A stretch of DNA of 64,000 bases from a virus. Its lineage: Duplodnaviria; Caudoviricetes. Positions within the stretch are counted from its first letter, which is position 1; the number at the start of each line of letters is the position of its first letter. Location of the stretch: IMG/VR virus record IMGVR_UViG_3300025789_000018. One strand, written 5' to 3'. Under the pieces are notes generated by a model that was not told where the DNA came from, did no database searches, and worked only from the letters and a program-made list of their open reading frames with translations. A program made the translations under genes and the position numbers. Shown piece after piece: positions 1 to 9,134 of the stretch.

Positions 1-16
1 AAATCTTTCTTTATTA

Positions 17-571
17 TCAAGCATTCATGTAGTCTGCAAAAAGGTCATTTTTGATTGCTTCCTGCGCATAGATAATCAGATTTTTGCGTTCTTCATTGGA
101 GAGCTTATCAACCAAAATAGTAGCATTGACATATTCTCCATCCTTACCGCCCGACGCTTCTTTCCACTTGAACTTGTACCCAAAATGCTTTTGCATTTCG
201 TTATGAAATAGATTTTCCATGAAAGTGGTATTTTCCTCGCTGCAATAAAGAACACGAACAAAACAACTATCGGGATTTAGATTTTGGCGAATATAAGTGC
301 CTGCGCCATGAGAATTTGAGTTAGTTTTTGAATTTGCAGTCTGGCGAATCTTATATGTTCTATCATGAATATTAGAACTCTTGCCAATATATCCAATATG
401 AGGGCTTACAAGATCATCGCCGATAAGCTCAATATCTTCACCATCAGCCACCTGATAAATCCCAGTAGAACCGTACTGAGAATCTAGACTGCGCTGAACG
501 TTGTTGGAAGAAGGCAATTCAGAAATTTTTCTCCACTCAGAAATATGCGTAATTTTACTCTTATCAATCAT
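17..571 (-). CDS. GIY-YIG-family nuclease (endonuclease II/DenA-like or homing-type)
   Basis: GIY(QVA)...YIG(KS) motifs, followed by Arg in HDRT and Glu in FMENLF, in GIY-YIG order; GGAG RBS; own sigma70-like promoter at 608-636. Confidence 0.6.
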   Translation of the reverse strand: MIDKSKITHISEWRKISELPSSNNVQRSLDSQYGSTGIYQVADGEDIELIGDDLVSPHIGYIGKSSNIHDRTYKIRQTANSKTNSNSHGAGTYIRQNLNPDSCFVRVLYCSEENTTFMENLFHNEMQKHFGYKFKWKEASGGKDGEYVNATILVDKLSNEERKNLIIYAQEAIKNDLFADYMNA

Positions 572-607
572 TTAATAATTCTCCATAATGTAGGTAGTAG
601 TAACAGC

Positions 608-636
608 AGCTTATATCATTTTTCACTGCAAGTCAA
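608..636 (-). promoter_or_regulatory. sigma70-like promoter for the GIY-YIG gene
   Basis: Minus strand reads TTGACT-N17-TAAGCT, overlapping the 3' end of the GNAT gene. Confidence 0.5.
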
Positions 637-1135
637 TAGCTGATACAACGCCGCCCTTTCTTCCACTATTTACTGCAGAAGAGATGACATCATCATAATC
701 ATAGATACCATCAGTGTATCGGTCTCCCCCTATTTTAAAAATACTTAAAGAAGAGCCAGACTTCTGTTTTCCCCAAAACTTGAATCCACACTTTTTGTAG
801 AATGGAACAGCATCAGGTTCAGCAGAAACTCTAAAATATACAGCATCCATTTTCATAGCTTTCAGTAAAGCGTAATCAGTTAGCACTCTACCCACACCCT
901 TTCCTCTGTGAGAATGGAATGTGTGAAGTAATTGAAGATTTGCCACCTTTGGATCACGTTTGCTGACTGTAACAATTATTGCTCCAAGCAACTCGTCGCC
1001 ATCCCATGCTCCGGTGCAATGTGCCCACTGATCTTGCATGTTGGCTTTAGCTAAGAATGTCTTAGCAAACGAATCTTCTTTTTTGTTAGTGATGGCTGCG
1101 GTAAATTGTTCTTTGCTACAATTAAGTAACTTCAT
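623..1135 (-). CDS. GNAT-family N-acyltransferase
   Basis: LQLLHTFHSHRGKGVGRVL (acyl-CoA-binding motif A) and AVPFYKKCGF (motif B). Start moved from the track's 1201 to ATG 1135 (MKLLNC), which overlaps the upstream stop. Confidence 0.85.
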   Translation of the reverse strand: MKLLNCSKEQFTAAITNKKEDSFAKTFLAKANMQDQWAHCTGAWDGDELLGAIIVTVSKRDPKVANLQLLHTFHSHRGKGVGRVLTDYALLKAMKMDAVYFRVSAEPDAVPFYKKCGFKFWGKQKSGSSLSIFKIGGDRYTDGIYDYDDVISSAVNSGRKGGVVSAIDLQ

Positions 1136-1994
1136 GGAACTCGCGCTTTTTTTCTCCACGCTCTTTATCATATTTGGTATCAACCCATCCTGAATATTCA
1201 TTAGCGTTCCAAATAAATGGAGGAAACTTCAGTTCATATTTATCAAGAATATCTTCCACACTATCACCACCATTCAGAGCAGCATCAATGAAAGCCTCAG
1301 CAAATATGAACTGAGATTCAAGTTCTTCTCTTTTAGTAGTTGATCGGAAACAGCGGAACTCAATAGTTCCTGTGTGCTTCATGCAATATGTGTTGATTGC
1401 ATATCGGAAAGGCCGACCCATAGAAATACCATCTTTACCTGCAGCATGCAATTTGATAAAATGGTTAAAGTCTGTGGCCATGTTAATGATGTTGTCACAC
1501 ATATATTCAGGCATAACACGACCGCCATCATATTTTAGATATGTTTTGGCATTCTTGAATCCCTTCATATCTACACGATCTTCAAACTGATAACAAGCAG
1601 CAATGGTAGCTTCTTGATTCTTCTTGATATAAGAAACCAGTCTCTTTAGTGCATCAAGATCATCTTTAAGGCCAGGAACAAATACATGAAGATGGCCATG
1701 ATTAACACAAGAAGATGATGGAGTATTACCGTGATCTTCAAATATCTTTTTAATTTCTAGAATACGATCAACCTGTTCTTGCCAAGTTTTAGTAGGCTTG
1801 GTGTTTATTTCTCCACCCATAGGAGGTTCTAGACCTAGCGGATCACACGCAATATACTTGTAATCGCCGTGGATATTCACAATATCAGTTTCAGCGTATT
1901 CCCACTTTCCTAAGTTTTCTGGAATACTAATAGAGCGATCAATATCACCCCATTCAATTTCATATCCCCAAGTATAGTCTTTAGTGTTATACAT
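1122..1994 (-). CDS. Putative amidoligase (COOH-NH2 ligase / glutamine-synthetase-like, Amidoligase_2 type)
   Basis: TWGYEIEW, GGEINTKP, HGHLHVFV and TIEFRCF match the GxExE...E...HxH...ExR pattern. Start moved to ATG 1994, overlapping the GATase stop (ATGTATAA). Confidence 0.75.
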   Translation of the reverse strand: MYNTKDYTWGYEIEWGDIDRSISIPENLGKWEYAETDIVNIHGDYKYIACDPLGLEPPMGGEINTKPTKTWQEQVDRILEIKKIFEDHGNTPSSSCVNHGHLHVFVPGLKDDLDALKRLVSYIKKNQEATIAACYQFEDRVDMKGFKNAKTYLKYDGGRVMPEYMCDNIINMATDFNHFIKLHAAGKDGISMGRPFRYAINTYCMKHTGTIEFRCFRSTTKREELESQFIFAEAFIDAALNGGDSVEDILDKYELKFPPFIWNANEYSGWVDTKYDKERGEKKREFHEVT

Positions 1995-2679
1995 GTTGTA
2001 AATCTTTCTTTCGTACAATATCAACTTCGTGTCGTTCTATCAAAAAACTAACATCGTTCATAAAGTATGTAACATAAGGTTTTGCTTCAGCAATTCCAGA
2101 AACTCCGGCACGATGTAAAATGTCTTTAGTCGATGCAAAAACAACACTCTTAGGCTTATATGAATAATACAAAGGACGCTTACCGTTTCTAAAAAAAGAT
2201 ACTTGTTTATTATACAAAGACAATACAGCACCAGAAATAGAAGCATCTTCCCAAATAAAAGGACTTTTACCTTCAGCCAAACTTTTTAGTAAGAGTTCAG
2301 AATCATTTTTAGTATTACACTTATATCCATAAAGCTCTTCCCATCGCTCAGGAAGTTCTTGAGATATGACACCATTATGGACTAACGAAATCTGAGAAGT
2401 TTCTAGAGGCTGATTATACAACAAGTCAGAAGTGGAATATCTGCAATGTCCAACAAAGCATATATTTCCATCTTCATTTACTAGTTGCTCAAACTCATAA
2501 GTTTCAGCAAATTCATCAGCAGGAAGAGCAGTTCGCTCTGTCCAAATTTGTCCATCTTTGATATATGAAAGACCTGTAGCGTGTTTACCTCTGATCCGAG
2601 ATTCAATAAAAATATTTCTGATAGTAGTAAAATCGGCTTCAGTTGGATCAGAAATATAAGCGCCGATAATACCACACAT
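1987..2679 (-). CDS. Class II (Ntn) glutamine amidotransferase
   Basis: N-terminal MCGIIG (Cys2 nucleophile), GHCRYST, HNGVI, NDSE motifs. Confidence 0.9.
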   Translation of the reverse strand: MCGIIGAYISDPTEADFTTIRNIFIESRIRGKHATGLSYIKDGQIWTERTALPADEFAETYEFEQLVNEDGNICFVGHCRYSTSDLLYNQPLETSQISLVHNGVISQELPERWEELYGYKCNTKNDSELLLKSLAEGKSPFIWEDASISGAVLSLYNKQVSFFRNGKRPLYYSYKPKSVVFASTKDILHRAGVSGIAEAKPYVTYFMNDVSFLIERHEVDIVRKKDLQHV

Positions 2680-4016
2680 TAAAAGAAACTTTCTAGAGAA
2701 CCTGCTGTACTCTTGTCATAAGGATCAGTCATACCGTGCGCAGCAAGGTAGTCAAACCATTCTTGCTCGTCCCACATACCAGGACTCACACCATTCCAAA
2801 GTTTACGCTGAAGGGGATGGTCTTTATTAAGTCTGCGGGAATCAACAAACTTCTTACGAAGCTGTTCATATTCCCAACTTCCAGGTTCAAGCATATCTTC
2901 ACGGAAGTATGCAACAATAGTCATACGATCAGGATTCTCGCCCCGAATTTCTGCATTACCATGGATAGCAGTATGGTTTGCCACAAGGAGAAGATCACCA
3001 GGCTCTAGTTTTACTGCTGCACGATATTCAGGGAGGATAAGTTCCGCGCCTTCCCAACCAGCACCAAGACCGGATAGGTTCGAGAATCCTGACGCAAGAT
3101 CGCCCGCATCGAGGTGCGCGGCGGTGCGGAAATTGTGATTCACTGTAAGAGTAGTGAATACAGTATCAGAAATCAAAAAGTTAGGATCAAGTTTATCTGC
3201 AGCTGCTCTTTGGTTGCCCCAACGCTGCGGAAGAAGTTGGCTGAAACAATGATTCAGCTTCTTCAAATACGGAAAGCTCTTTTCGAAATCCTGCGGATTC
3301 TTTTCAGTAAAAGCAGTTGCTCGCTTATAAGGAATTCTAGGATACCGAGAATAATATCCAGCAACGCCAGACATAACAGTTTGTGCGTAGTTAGTTTCCG
3401 AAATATAATTGTCAAGAATATACTTGGCTTCCGCTCGGCGAGTGTCTTCATGTTTATTGCTTAGACCCTCAACCCAACGATCAAACCATCCAAAATAAGG
3501 ATCATGATCTTTACAGACTTCACTGCGCAACCACACGCAACCACGAGTCTGATCAGGCTCTTTCTTTTGATGTTTAATCTTGATAGATTCTAGACTTTCA
3601 TCATCAAACACAGAAACGTTAGTTCTGGTGAGATATTCAAGAACATCAATCTGATAATTAGAAACCCACTCACGACCACCTCGACCAGAAGCAGAAAGCA
3701 TTTCACCGCGAGGGCCAGCAGCCATACCGCGATTCTGCGATTCAGAGGCAGCACCAATCAGACCTTCATAACAAAGGTAAAGTTCTTCTTGAGTAAAAAC
3801 GTTCTTACGAAATTTCAGGATAATATTATCTTCAGTCATGCTTCCATCAAGAGAAGGACCATAAACGTCAGTATCTTCTGTCAATAAGACATCATAATGG
3901 CTCTCATCAACAAAGCTGCCGATAAGATGATCGCTAGGAATCTTTTGATCAATATAAATTGTTTTTACTGACAAAGAAGTGCAAGGACGGTCGCAGTCTT
4001 TCACGCAGTCTTTCAT
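2679..4016 (-). CDS. TET/JBP-family 2-oxoglutarate/Fe(II) dioxygenase
   Basis: FTTLTVNHNFRTAAHLDAGD (HxD), GDLLLVANHTAIHGN (distal His) and RMTIVAYFRE (2OG Arg) resemble the JBP/TET catalytic core. ATG 4016 follows a GGAG RBS; TAATG overlap with GATase. Confidence 0.85.
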   Translation of the reverse strand: MKDCVKDCDRPCTSLSVKTIYIDQKIPSDHLIGSFVDESHYDVLLTEDTDVYGPSLDGSMTEDNIILKFRKNVFTQEELYLCYEGLIGAASESQNRGMAAGPRGEMLSASGRGGREWVSNYQIDVLEYLTRTNVSVFDDESLESIKIKHQKKEPDQTRGCVWLRSEVCKDHDPYFGWFDRWVEGLSNKHEDTRRAEAKYILDNYISETNYAQTVMSGVAGYYSRYPRIPYKRATAFTEKNPQDFEKSFPYLKKLNHCFSQLLPQRWGNQRAAADKLDPNFLISDTVFTTLTVNHNFRTAAHLDAGDLASGFSNLSGLGAGWEGAELILPEYRAAVKLEPGDLLLVANHTAIHGNAEIRGENPDRMTIVAYFREDMLEPGSWEYEQLRKKFVDSRRLNKDHPLQRKLWNGVSPGMWDEQEWFDYLAAHGMTDPYDKSTAGSLESFF

Positions 4017-4041
4017 AATAATCTCCAAATAACGAGCAACA

Positions 4042-4070
4042 AGTATACTATAAAGTTACAAACTTGTCAA
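4042..4070 (-). promoter_or_regulatory. Near-consensus sigma70 promoter for the TET/JBP operon
   Basis: Minus strand reads TTGACA-N17-TATACT, embedded in the last codons of def, about 25 nt upstream of ATG 4016. Confidence 0.75.
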
Positions 4071-4569
4071 CTGCTTTTCGCATACGCTGCAGTTTTTTCC
4101 AATCTTTCTTGGCCCGTTCTTTATCTAACGACTCTGCACGGTCAAGATGGCATTTACCAATAAGATGATCGTATTCATGAAGGAATACTCTTGCCGTCAT
4201 ACCATCAAATGTGTGTGTTTTGATATATCCATCAGGAAAAGCAAATCGCACTTTGATCATTCTAGGACGCTTGATCTTAACAATCAACTTAGGATATGAT
4301 AGACAGCTTTCTTCCATTTTAATTGTCTCAGAAGAAACCTCAACAATCTTAGGATTAAACGCCACAATAGGAGTTTCTCCAATCATTGCAAAAATCTGAT
4401 AAGGATAACCAACCTGTGGAGCAGCAAGACCAAGACCACGATGTTCTTTCATCTTTTTGATCAGCTCAATGGAAAATTCCATGGGGTCAAAAGGAGGATT
4501 ATCAAAGTTAAACCTTTGAGCCGGAGTCTTTAAAATAGGATCATTATGAGAAACAAGCTCAAGATTCAT
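4048..4569 (-). CDS. def: Peptide deformylase
   Basis: GLGLAAPQVG, EESCLS (EGCLS variant) and HEYDH motifs. Confidence 0.92.
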   Translation of the reverse strand: MNLELVSHNDPILKTPAQRFNFDNPPFDPMEFSIELIKKMKEHRGLGLAAPQVGYPYQIFAMIGETPIVAFNPKIVEVSSETIKMEESCLSYPKLIVKIKRPRMIKVRFAFPDGYIKTHTFDGMTARVFLHEYDHLIGKCHLDRAESLDKERAKKDWKKLQRMRKAVDKFVTL

Positions 4570-4946
4570 TACTTAACTCCCAAAACTTTTCTAAGATTAG
4601 GACGTTCGTAATTTGGACCCTTTTTAATCTTGCCATCTTCACGATAAACAGGCTTTCCATCTTCGCCCAGTTTGGTCATATTACTCCGATGCACTTCAGC
4701 ATAACACTTATCAAGATCAATACCAAAAGCAAGACCTGCTCCGTAAGTGACGTACAAAATATCAGTGAGAGCATCGGCAACCTCAACGATGTCTTTATCT
4801 TTGATAGCATCTTTTAGCTCCTCTAGTTCTTCACGAATTAATTCGTAACGAAGTTCTACAACATCATTGCTAGGAAACTTTGGCTTGGTTGCAATCTTTT
4901 GGCCAAACTTTTCCATGAACTCTTTACCTTTTTCAAAATTAGTCAT
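4569..4946 (-). CDS. MazG-like / PRA-PH-like NTP pyrophosphohydrolase
   Basis: LIREELEEL and EVADALTDILYVTYG acidic helices (ExxE...ExxD), plus VHRSNMTK. Confidence 0.85.
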   Translation of the reverse strand: MTNFEKGKEFMEKFGQKIATKPKFPSNDVVELRYELIREELEELKDAIKDKDIVEVADALTDILYVTYGAGLAFGIDLDKCYAEVHRSNMTKLGEDGKPVYREDGKIKKGPNYERPNLRKVLGVK

Positions 4947-5148
4947 TTTTAATCTCCGTAGCCCAATTGACTGTTACCCAGTCTTCAATACAGTTTTCTT
5001 CTGTAATTAATTCATGGCCTTCGCCATACTTTTTAACCATTCGTTCTTTCCAATACGGCCAGTATTCAAATAAAATCTCAGCTTCATCATAAACAAATTC
5101 TACAGGATTACCGTCTTCATTCGGCTCAACATAAGAATATTTTGTCAT
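4939..5148 (-). CDS. Hypothetical protein (69 aa)
   Basis: Coupled ORF overlapping both neighbours; no recognisable motif. Confidence 0.6.
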   Translation of the reverse strand: MTKYSYVEPNEDGNPVEFVYDEAEILFEYWPYWKERMVKKYGEGHELITEENCIEDWVTVNWATEIKND

Positions 5149-6863
5149 ACTGACATCCTCGAAAAATTCTTGACCTTATCGAACTTAAGAATTCGGCCAA
5201 ATTTATCACTAATGTTTTCAGTCTTATGCGAAATAATAAAGATATTGGAGTCGCCCAGAAGAGTCTTAAGAATCTTCATGAACTCTTCCGAACCCGTTGC
5301 ATCAAGCGCCCCATCGAAGATTTCGTCCATGACCAATAGATTTGTGCTATTGCTATTTCTGAGCTTAGAGATTGTACGCCAACATAGCATAAGAGCAAGA
5401 TCAATGCGGCATTTTTCGCCTTCGCTAAAGGACTCGTAGGAGAAGTCGTCTCTATGTCTTGACCTAATTTTTTCATTGAAGTTTTCATCCAGTTCGAATT
5501 GGACAAAGAAGTCCATTGCGGTCAAGTATTTATTAATCAATTTATTCATGATAGGAACGTATTGCTTAATAATTTTTGCTTTGATACCACTATCCTTTAG
5601 TAGTACAGAAGCTAGATCGAGAGTTGACTTTTGTTTTATAAGGGTTTCAGTTTCTGCTGTGTATTCAACCAATTGGTTTTGAAGTTCTACGAGTTTAGCA
5701 GTTTCTTCTTTAATGGTATCATCATCTCCCTGAACCTTGGTCACTTCAGATTCTTCAAGCTGAATTTGCTTTTGGATAAAATCAACTTGATTATTGTTTG
5801 TATTAATAGTCGACCAAAGATCAATTATTTTATCACGAACTTCTTTGATATCAGCCAACCTCAGAGAAACCGCATTGTATTCCTCTTCGAGTTTAGTTAA
5901 AGCATCACACAGTTCGTGTTCTTTTCTTTCGCGATCGGAAACGCTATCCGCTTTGAACGTGTCATCAATACTTTGCTTACAAGTAGGACAGCTATCATTC
6001 TCTCGGAAAAACGCGATTTCCTTTTGCAACTTAGATTGGCGAGTTTCCATTTGCTTTTCTAGTTGAAGCAATGAAGTCTGTTTCTTAGAAAGAGCCGCCT
6101 CATCATTTACCGAAAGCTCAAGTTCTTCGACTTGTGTATTCAGCAAACGATTTTGCTCAACCAGATCAGAAATAGAGTCTCTCATATTCTGAATGAGAGT
6201 TTTCTTGCCTTCAATTATTTTATCACTACTTTGCTTAAGACTCAAGATATGCTTATTTTGCATATCAATCTTTTCCTGAGCTAAGGTAGCTTTATACTTC
6301 ACATCAATGATATTGCCTTTATTTTCAGATAGTTTATCTTTCAGCAAAGAATACATCGTCGAGAAAATCTGAATGTCTAGAAGATTTTCATTAAATTCAC
6401 GACGAGCGTGTGCAGGCATTTGCATGAACGGAACATAAGTCGAAGAACCCAAAGTAACAATTTGAGTGAACGACTTATGATTCATCCGCAGAATATGTTT
6501 CTCAAGATATTCCTGATAGTCTCTAGTTGCAGCATCCTGATTTACCAAGGTGCCGTTTTGAATGATTTCAAAAATATTAGGTCGCATACCACGACGAACT
6601 AGATACTCATTAGAATTAATACTGAATTCAATCTCACAAAGAAGATTCTTGGCATTGATGCTGTTAATAAGCTGAGGCTTATTAATTTTACGGAACGGTT
6701 TTCCATAAAGAGCAAAAGAGATAGCGTCGATGAATGTGCTTTTACCTGACCCGTTATGACCGACAATCAAAGTCATAGGGTGCGTATCGATATCAATTTC
6801 TGTAAATGTATTTCCGGTGGAGAGTAAATTCATCCACCGAACTTTTTTAAATGTAATTGCCAT
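5145..6863 (-). CDS. 46: Recombination endonuclease ATPase subunit, T4 gp46 (Rad50/SbcC-like)
   Basis: Walker A GHNGSGKST, zinc hook CPTC, signature FSEGE, Walker B LVMDEIFD, ISH. Confidence 0.95.
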   Translation of the reverse strand: MAITFKKVRWMNLLSTGNTFTEIDIDTHPMTLIVGHNGSGKSTFIDAISFALYGKPFRKINKPQLINSINAKNLLCEIEFSINSNEYLVRRGMRPNIFEIIQNGTLVNQDAATRDYQEYLEKHILRMNHKSFTQIVTLGSSTYVPFMQMPAHARREFNENLLDIQIFSTMYSLLKDKLSENKGNIIDVKYKATLAQEKIDMQNKHILSLKQSSDKIIEGKKTLIQNMRDSISDLVEQNRLLNTQVEELELSVNDEAALSKKQTSLLQLEKQMETRQSKLQKEIAFFRENDSCPTCKQSIDDTFKADSVSDRERKEHELCDALTKLEEEYNAVSLRLADIKEVRDKIIDLWSTINTNNNQVDFIQKQIQLEESEVTKVQGDDDTIKEETAKLVELQNQLVEYTAETETLIKQKSTLDLASVLLKDSGIKAKIIKQYVPIMNKLINKYLTAMDFFVQFELDENFNEKIRSRHRDDFSYESFSEGEKCRIDLALMLCWRTISKLRNSNSTNLLVMDEIFDGALDATGSEEFMKILKTLLGDSNIFIISHKTENISDKFGRILKFDKVKNFSRMSV

Positions 6864-6870
6864 GCTATTC

Positions 6871-7932
6871 CTATTCTAACGAAAGAGCCTCGCTGTAAAG
6901 ATCCGTCAACAAAAGGCTTAACGAGTTCTTATCAATATCAGCATCAATGTTGGTAACATATTTCTTCAAAAAAGACATAGTGTCTTCAGCGCCATCAACG
7001 ACATCGCTTTCATCTTCTAGAGCAAGATTAATATCACTTTCAACAACTTCTATGTTCAAAGGATCAGACGCTTCTAGTTTATCAAGAAACAAGTCAAACC
7101 AATAATGGTTGGTCTTTTCTTTAACAATAACCTTCACATACGTATTGCGATAGGCTTCCGCATCAAAATCTAGTATACTCGAAGAAGAGTGTCCAGCGTC
7201 ATCGTAGTACACCTTATGGAACATAATATATGGGTTTGGCACAAAAGTCAAGTCCCGAGTTTCGGTATCGAAAATATGAAAGCCTTTTTGGTCGCCGTAG
7301 TCAGACCAGTCCATTTCATAGGGGCATCCCAGATAGTGGATATTGCCACGAGAAGATCTATGATGCAGGTGTCCAGAAGCCACCAATTCAAACTTATTAA
7401 AGACATAAGACTCTAATCCGTGAGAGACATAAACCCCTCTGTGCATCTCAAACCCAACAATCTCAAGATGACCAAACATCATTTGAGCGCGAGTTTCGTC
7501 AATAAGTTTCATAGCATCTTCTTGATTGTCTTGGCAGATCCAAGGCATCAAAACAATATCAAGGCCACCGATATTAACGACTTGCGGACTTTGAATAATA
7601 TGAAAGTTCTTATATCGACTGAACACAAGCTCAGGTGTGTTAACAGAAATAGTATTTTTGAAATACGCCGTGTGATTACCAACGATATAATAGTAATTAA
7701 TATTGCGCGATTCTAGTTGATCAAACCACATTTCTTTCGAGCGCGATAGCGTAAAAAAGTTGACGAACTTCCTACGCTCAAACGTATCACCCAAATCAAT
7801 AACAGTGTCTATCTTATTCTCATCAATATATGGAAATACTACGTTTTCATAAAACTTCTCGTAGTAATCCAGAAAAGCAACATTATCATTACGAATACCG
7901 AAGTGTTGGTCAGTAATCAACAATACTTTCAT
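6871..7932 (-). CDS. 47: Recombination endonuclease nuclease subunit, T4 gp47 (Mre11/SbcD-like)
   Basis: ITDQHFG, DLGDTF, VGNH, GHLE, SGHLH metallophosphoesterase motifs; adjacent to gp46. Confidence 0.95.
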   Translation of the reverse strand: MKVLLITDQHFGIRNDNVAFLDYYEKFYENVVFPYIDENKIDTVIDLGDTFERRKFVNFFTLSRSKEMWFDQLESRNINYYYIVGNHTAYFKNTISVNTPELVFSRYKNFHIIQSPQVVNIGGLDIVLMPWICQDNQEDAMKLIDETRAQMMFGHLEIVGFEMHRGVYVSHGLESYVFNKFELVASGHLHHRSSRGNIHYLGCPYEMDWSDYGDQKGFHIFDTETRDLTFVPNPYIMFHKVYYDDAGHSSSSILDFDAEAYRNTYVKVIVKEKTNHYWFDLFLDKLEASDPLNIEVVESDINLALEDESDVVDGAEDTMSFLKKYVTNIDADIDKNSLSLLLTDLYSEALSLE

Positions 7933-7945
7933 AATATAGTCCCAA

Positions 7946-8146
7946 TCAATATTTGATTCTGCGCTTCATTTGTTTTAGTTCTAACTCTTTGTCAAAACTA
8001 TCAACATTTCGCTTGCAGAAATCAGCGATGTTTTCAAGCGAAGTTCTATAATTAAATCTAATGTGTTCCGGCGCGCTTTTGTCGTTCAGCTTACTGATCA
8101 TATCAGCAACTGGCGCTGGAATAATAATATCTTTAGCCATCTTCAT
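7946..8146 (-). CDS. Hypothetical protein (66 aa)
   Basis: ORF fills the gp55-gp47 gap; start overlaps the gp55 stop. Confidence 0.55.
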   Translation of the reverse strand: MKMAKDIIIPAPVADMISKLNDKSAPEHIRFNYRTSLENIADFCKRNVDSFDKELELKQMKRRIKY

Positions 8147-8741
8147 TATCCTCTACAAATACATCTAACCCTTTTTTCTTTGGGGTTTTTTTGTTTTTGA
8201 GCTTTGTTTCATAATCAGAAACAAATTTGCCCATTCGTTCAGTATGATCTACTGTATGAGAAGATGACCCTTTTATAGCAGTTTTGCTTGTTTCACTATT
8301 AACAAACTCGGTCAGTTCATCCATGATATCCATATTCTCGAATATCTTGTATTTGACGTAAGTCTGTCTGTGCTCTTTAGCGATCCTATGCAAAAAGGCA
8401 TTATATATGATCATAGTGAAATAGGCAAATGGATTATTGCTTTTGTCAGGGTTAAAATTGTGCATGTATGCGATGCAATTTTCTATCCCGTCTCCAATCA
8501 TCTCCTCTTTATATGTATATGATATAAAGTTATGTTTGTATGATAATTTTGTGGCAATCTTTAAAATACAATCGCCAACATATTCTGGGATTCTGGGAAG
8601 CGGCTTATTGTTTTCTTTTGCATCACGATACTCATTGATATAATGAATCATATATCCGTAGAGCTTCTTGTTATCTACGTAATGCGGCTGACTTTTCTTT
8701 AGTGCTTTTTTTGACACCTTAATCACTTTTTCACTTGACAT
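8133..8741 (-). CDS. 55: Late-transcription sigma factor, T4 gp55
   Basis: HYVDNKKL, YTYKEEMIGDGIENC, NFNPDKSNNPFAYFTMIIYNAF; synteny with gp47/gp46. Confidence 0.93.
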   Translation of the reverse strand: MSSEKVIKVSKKALKKSQPHYVDNKKLYGYMIHYINEYRDAKENNKPLPRIPEYVGDCILKIATKLSYKHNFISYTYKEEMIGDGIENCIAYMHNFNPDKSNNPFAYFTMIIYNAFLHRIAKEHRQTYVKYKIFENMDIMDELTEFVNSETSKTAIKGSSSHTVDHTERMGKFVSDYETKLKNKKTPKKKGLDVFVEDNEDG

Positions 8742-8777
8742 ATTTCAAAACTCCGGTATAATCACGAATGTGCCTTA

Positions 8778-9134
8778 TTAATGGATACTGCTATTACTCG
8801 TCCTAAGCATATTCTTAAACACATCCAAAGCATCATCTCTATCTGATGCCTTTTTCTTTTTCTTTCGACGTTGTTCTCTAAATTCCTCAAAGTTAGTAAC
8901 AACATCTTTGATAGGATCAACTAAAAACAGAATATCCGTCTTACGGATTTCAATAGGATCATCTGTCGTTGCACAATATCTAACAAAATACAACACAAAG
9001 TCCGATCCGTCCCAATAGGATTTGGAAGCTAACGAGTCGTGTAAAGTATATGTTTCTTTAGTTGAATCTTTTTCAAGATCAATATCTGCTATGATCTCAT
9101 CACCGTTGATTAGTTTTACTACTTTTAATGTCAT
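8778..9134 (-). CDS. Conserved hypothetical protein between uvsW and gp55
   Basis: KVVKLINGDEIIA N-terminus seen in small T4-like phage proteins; position; function unknown. Confidence 0.6.
   Translation of the reverse strand: MTLKVVKLINGDEIIADIDLEKDSTKETYTLHDSLASKSYWDGSDFVLYFVRYCATTDDPIEIRKTDILFLVDPIKDVVTNFEEFREQRRKKKKKASDRDDALDVFKNMLRTSNSSIH

Noticed and set aside
1136-1201. Longer N-termini in the ORF track (GNAT 1201, amidoligase 2024, TET 4028, 16645, 25723, 27291)
   Set aside because: They overlap upstream genes extensively or use non-ATG starts; downstream ATGs have RBS or stop-start coupling
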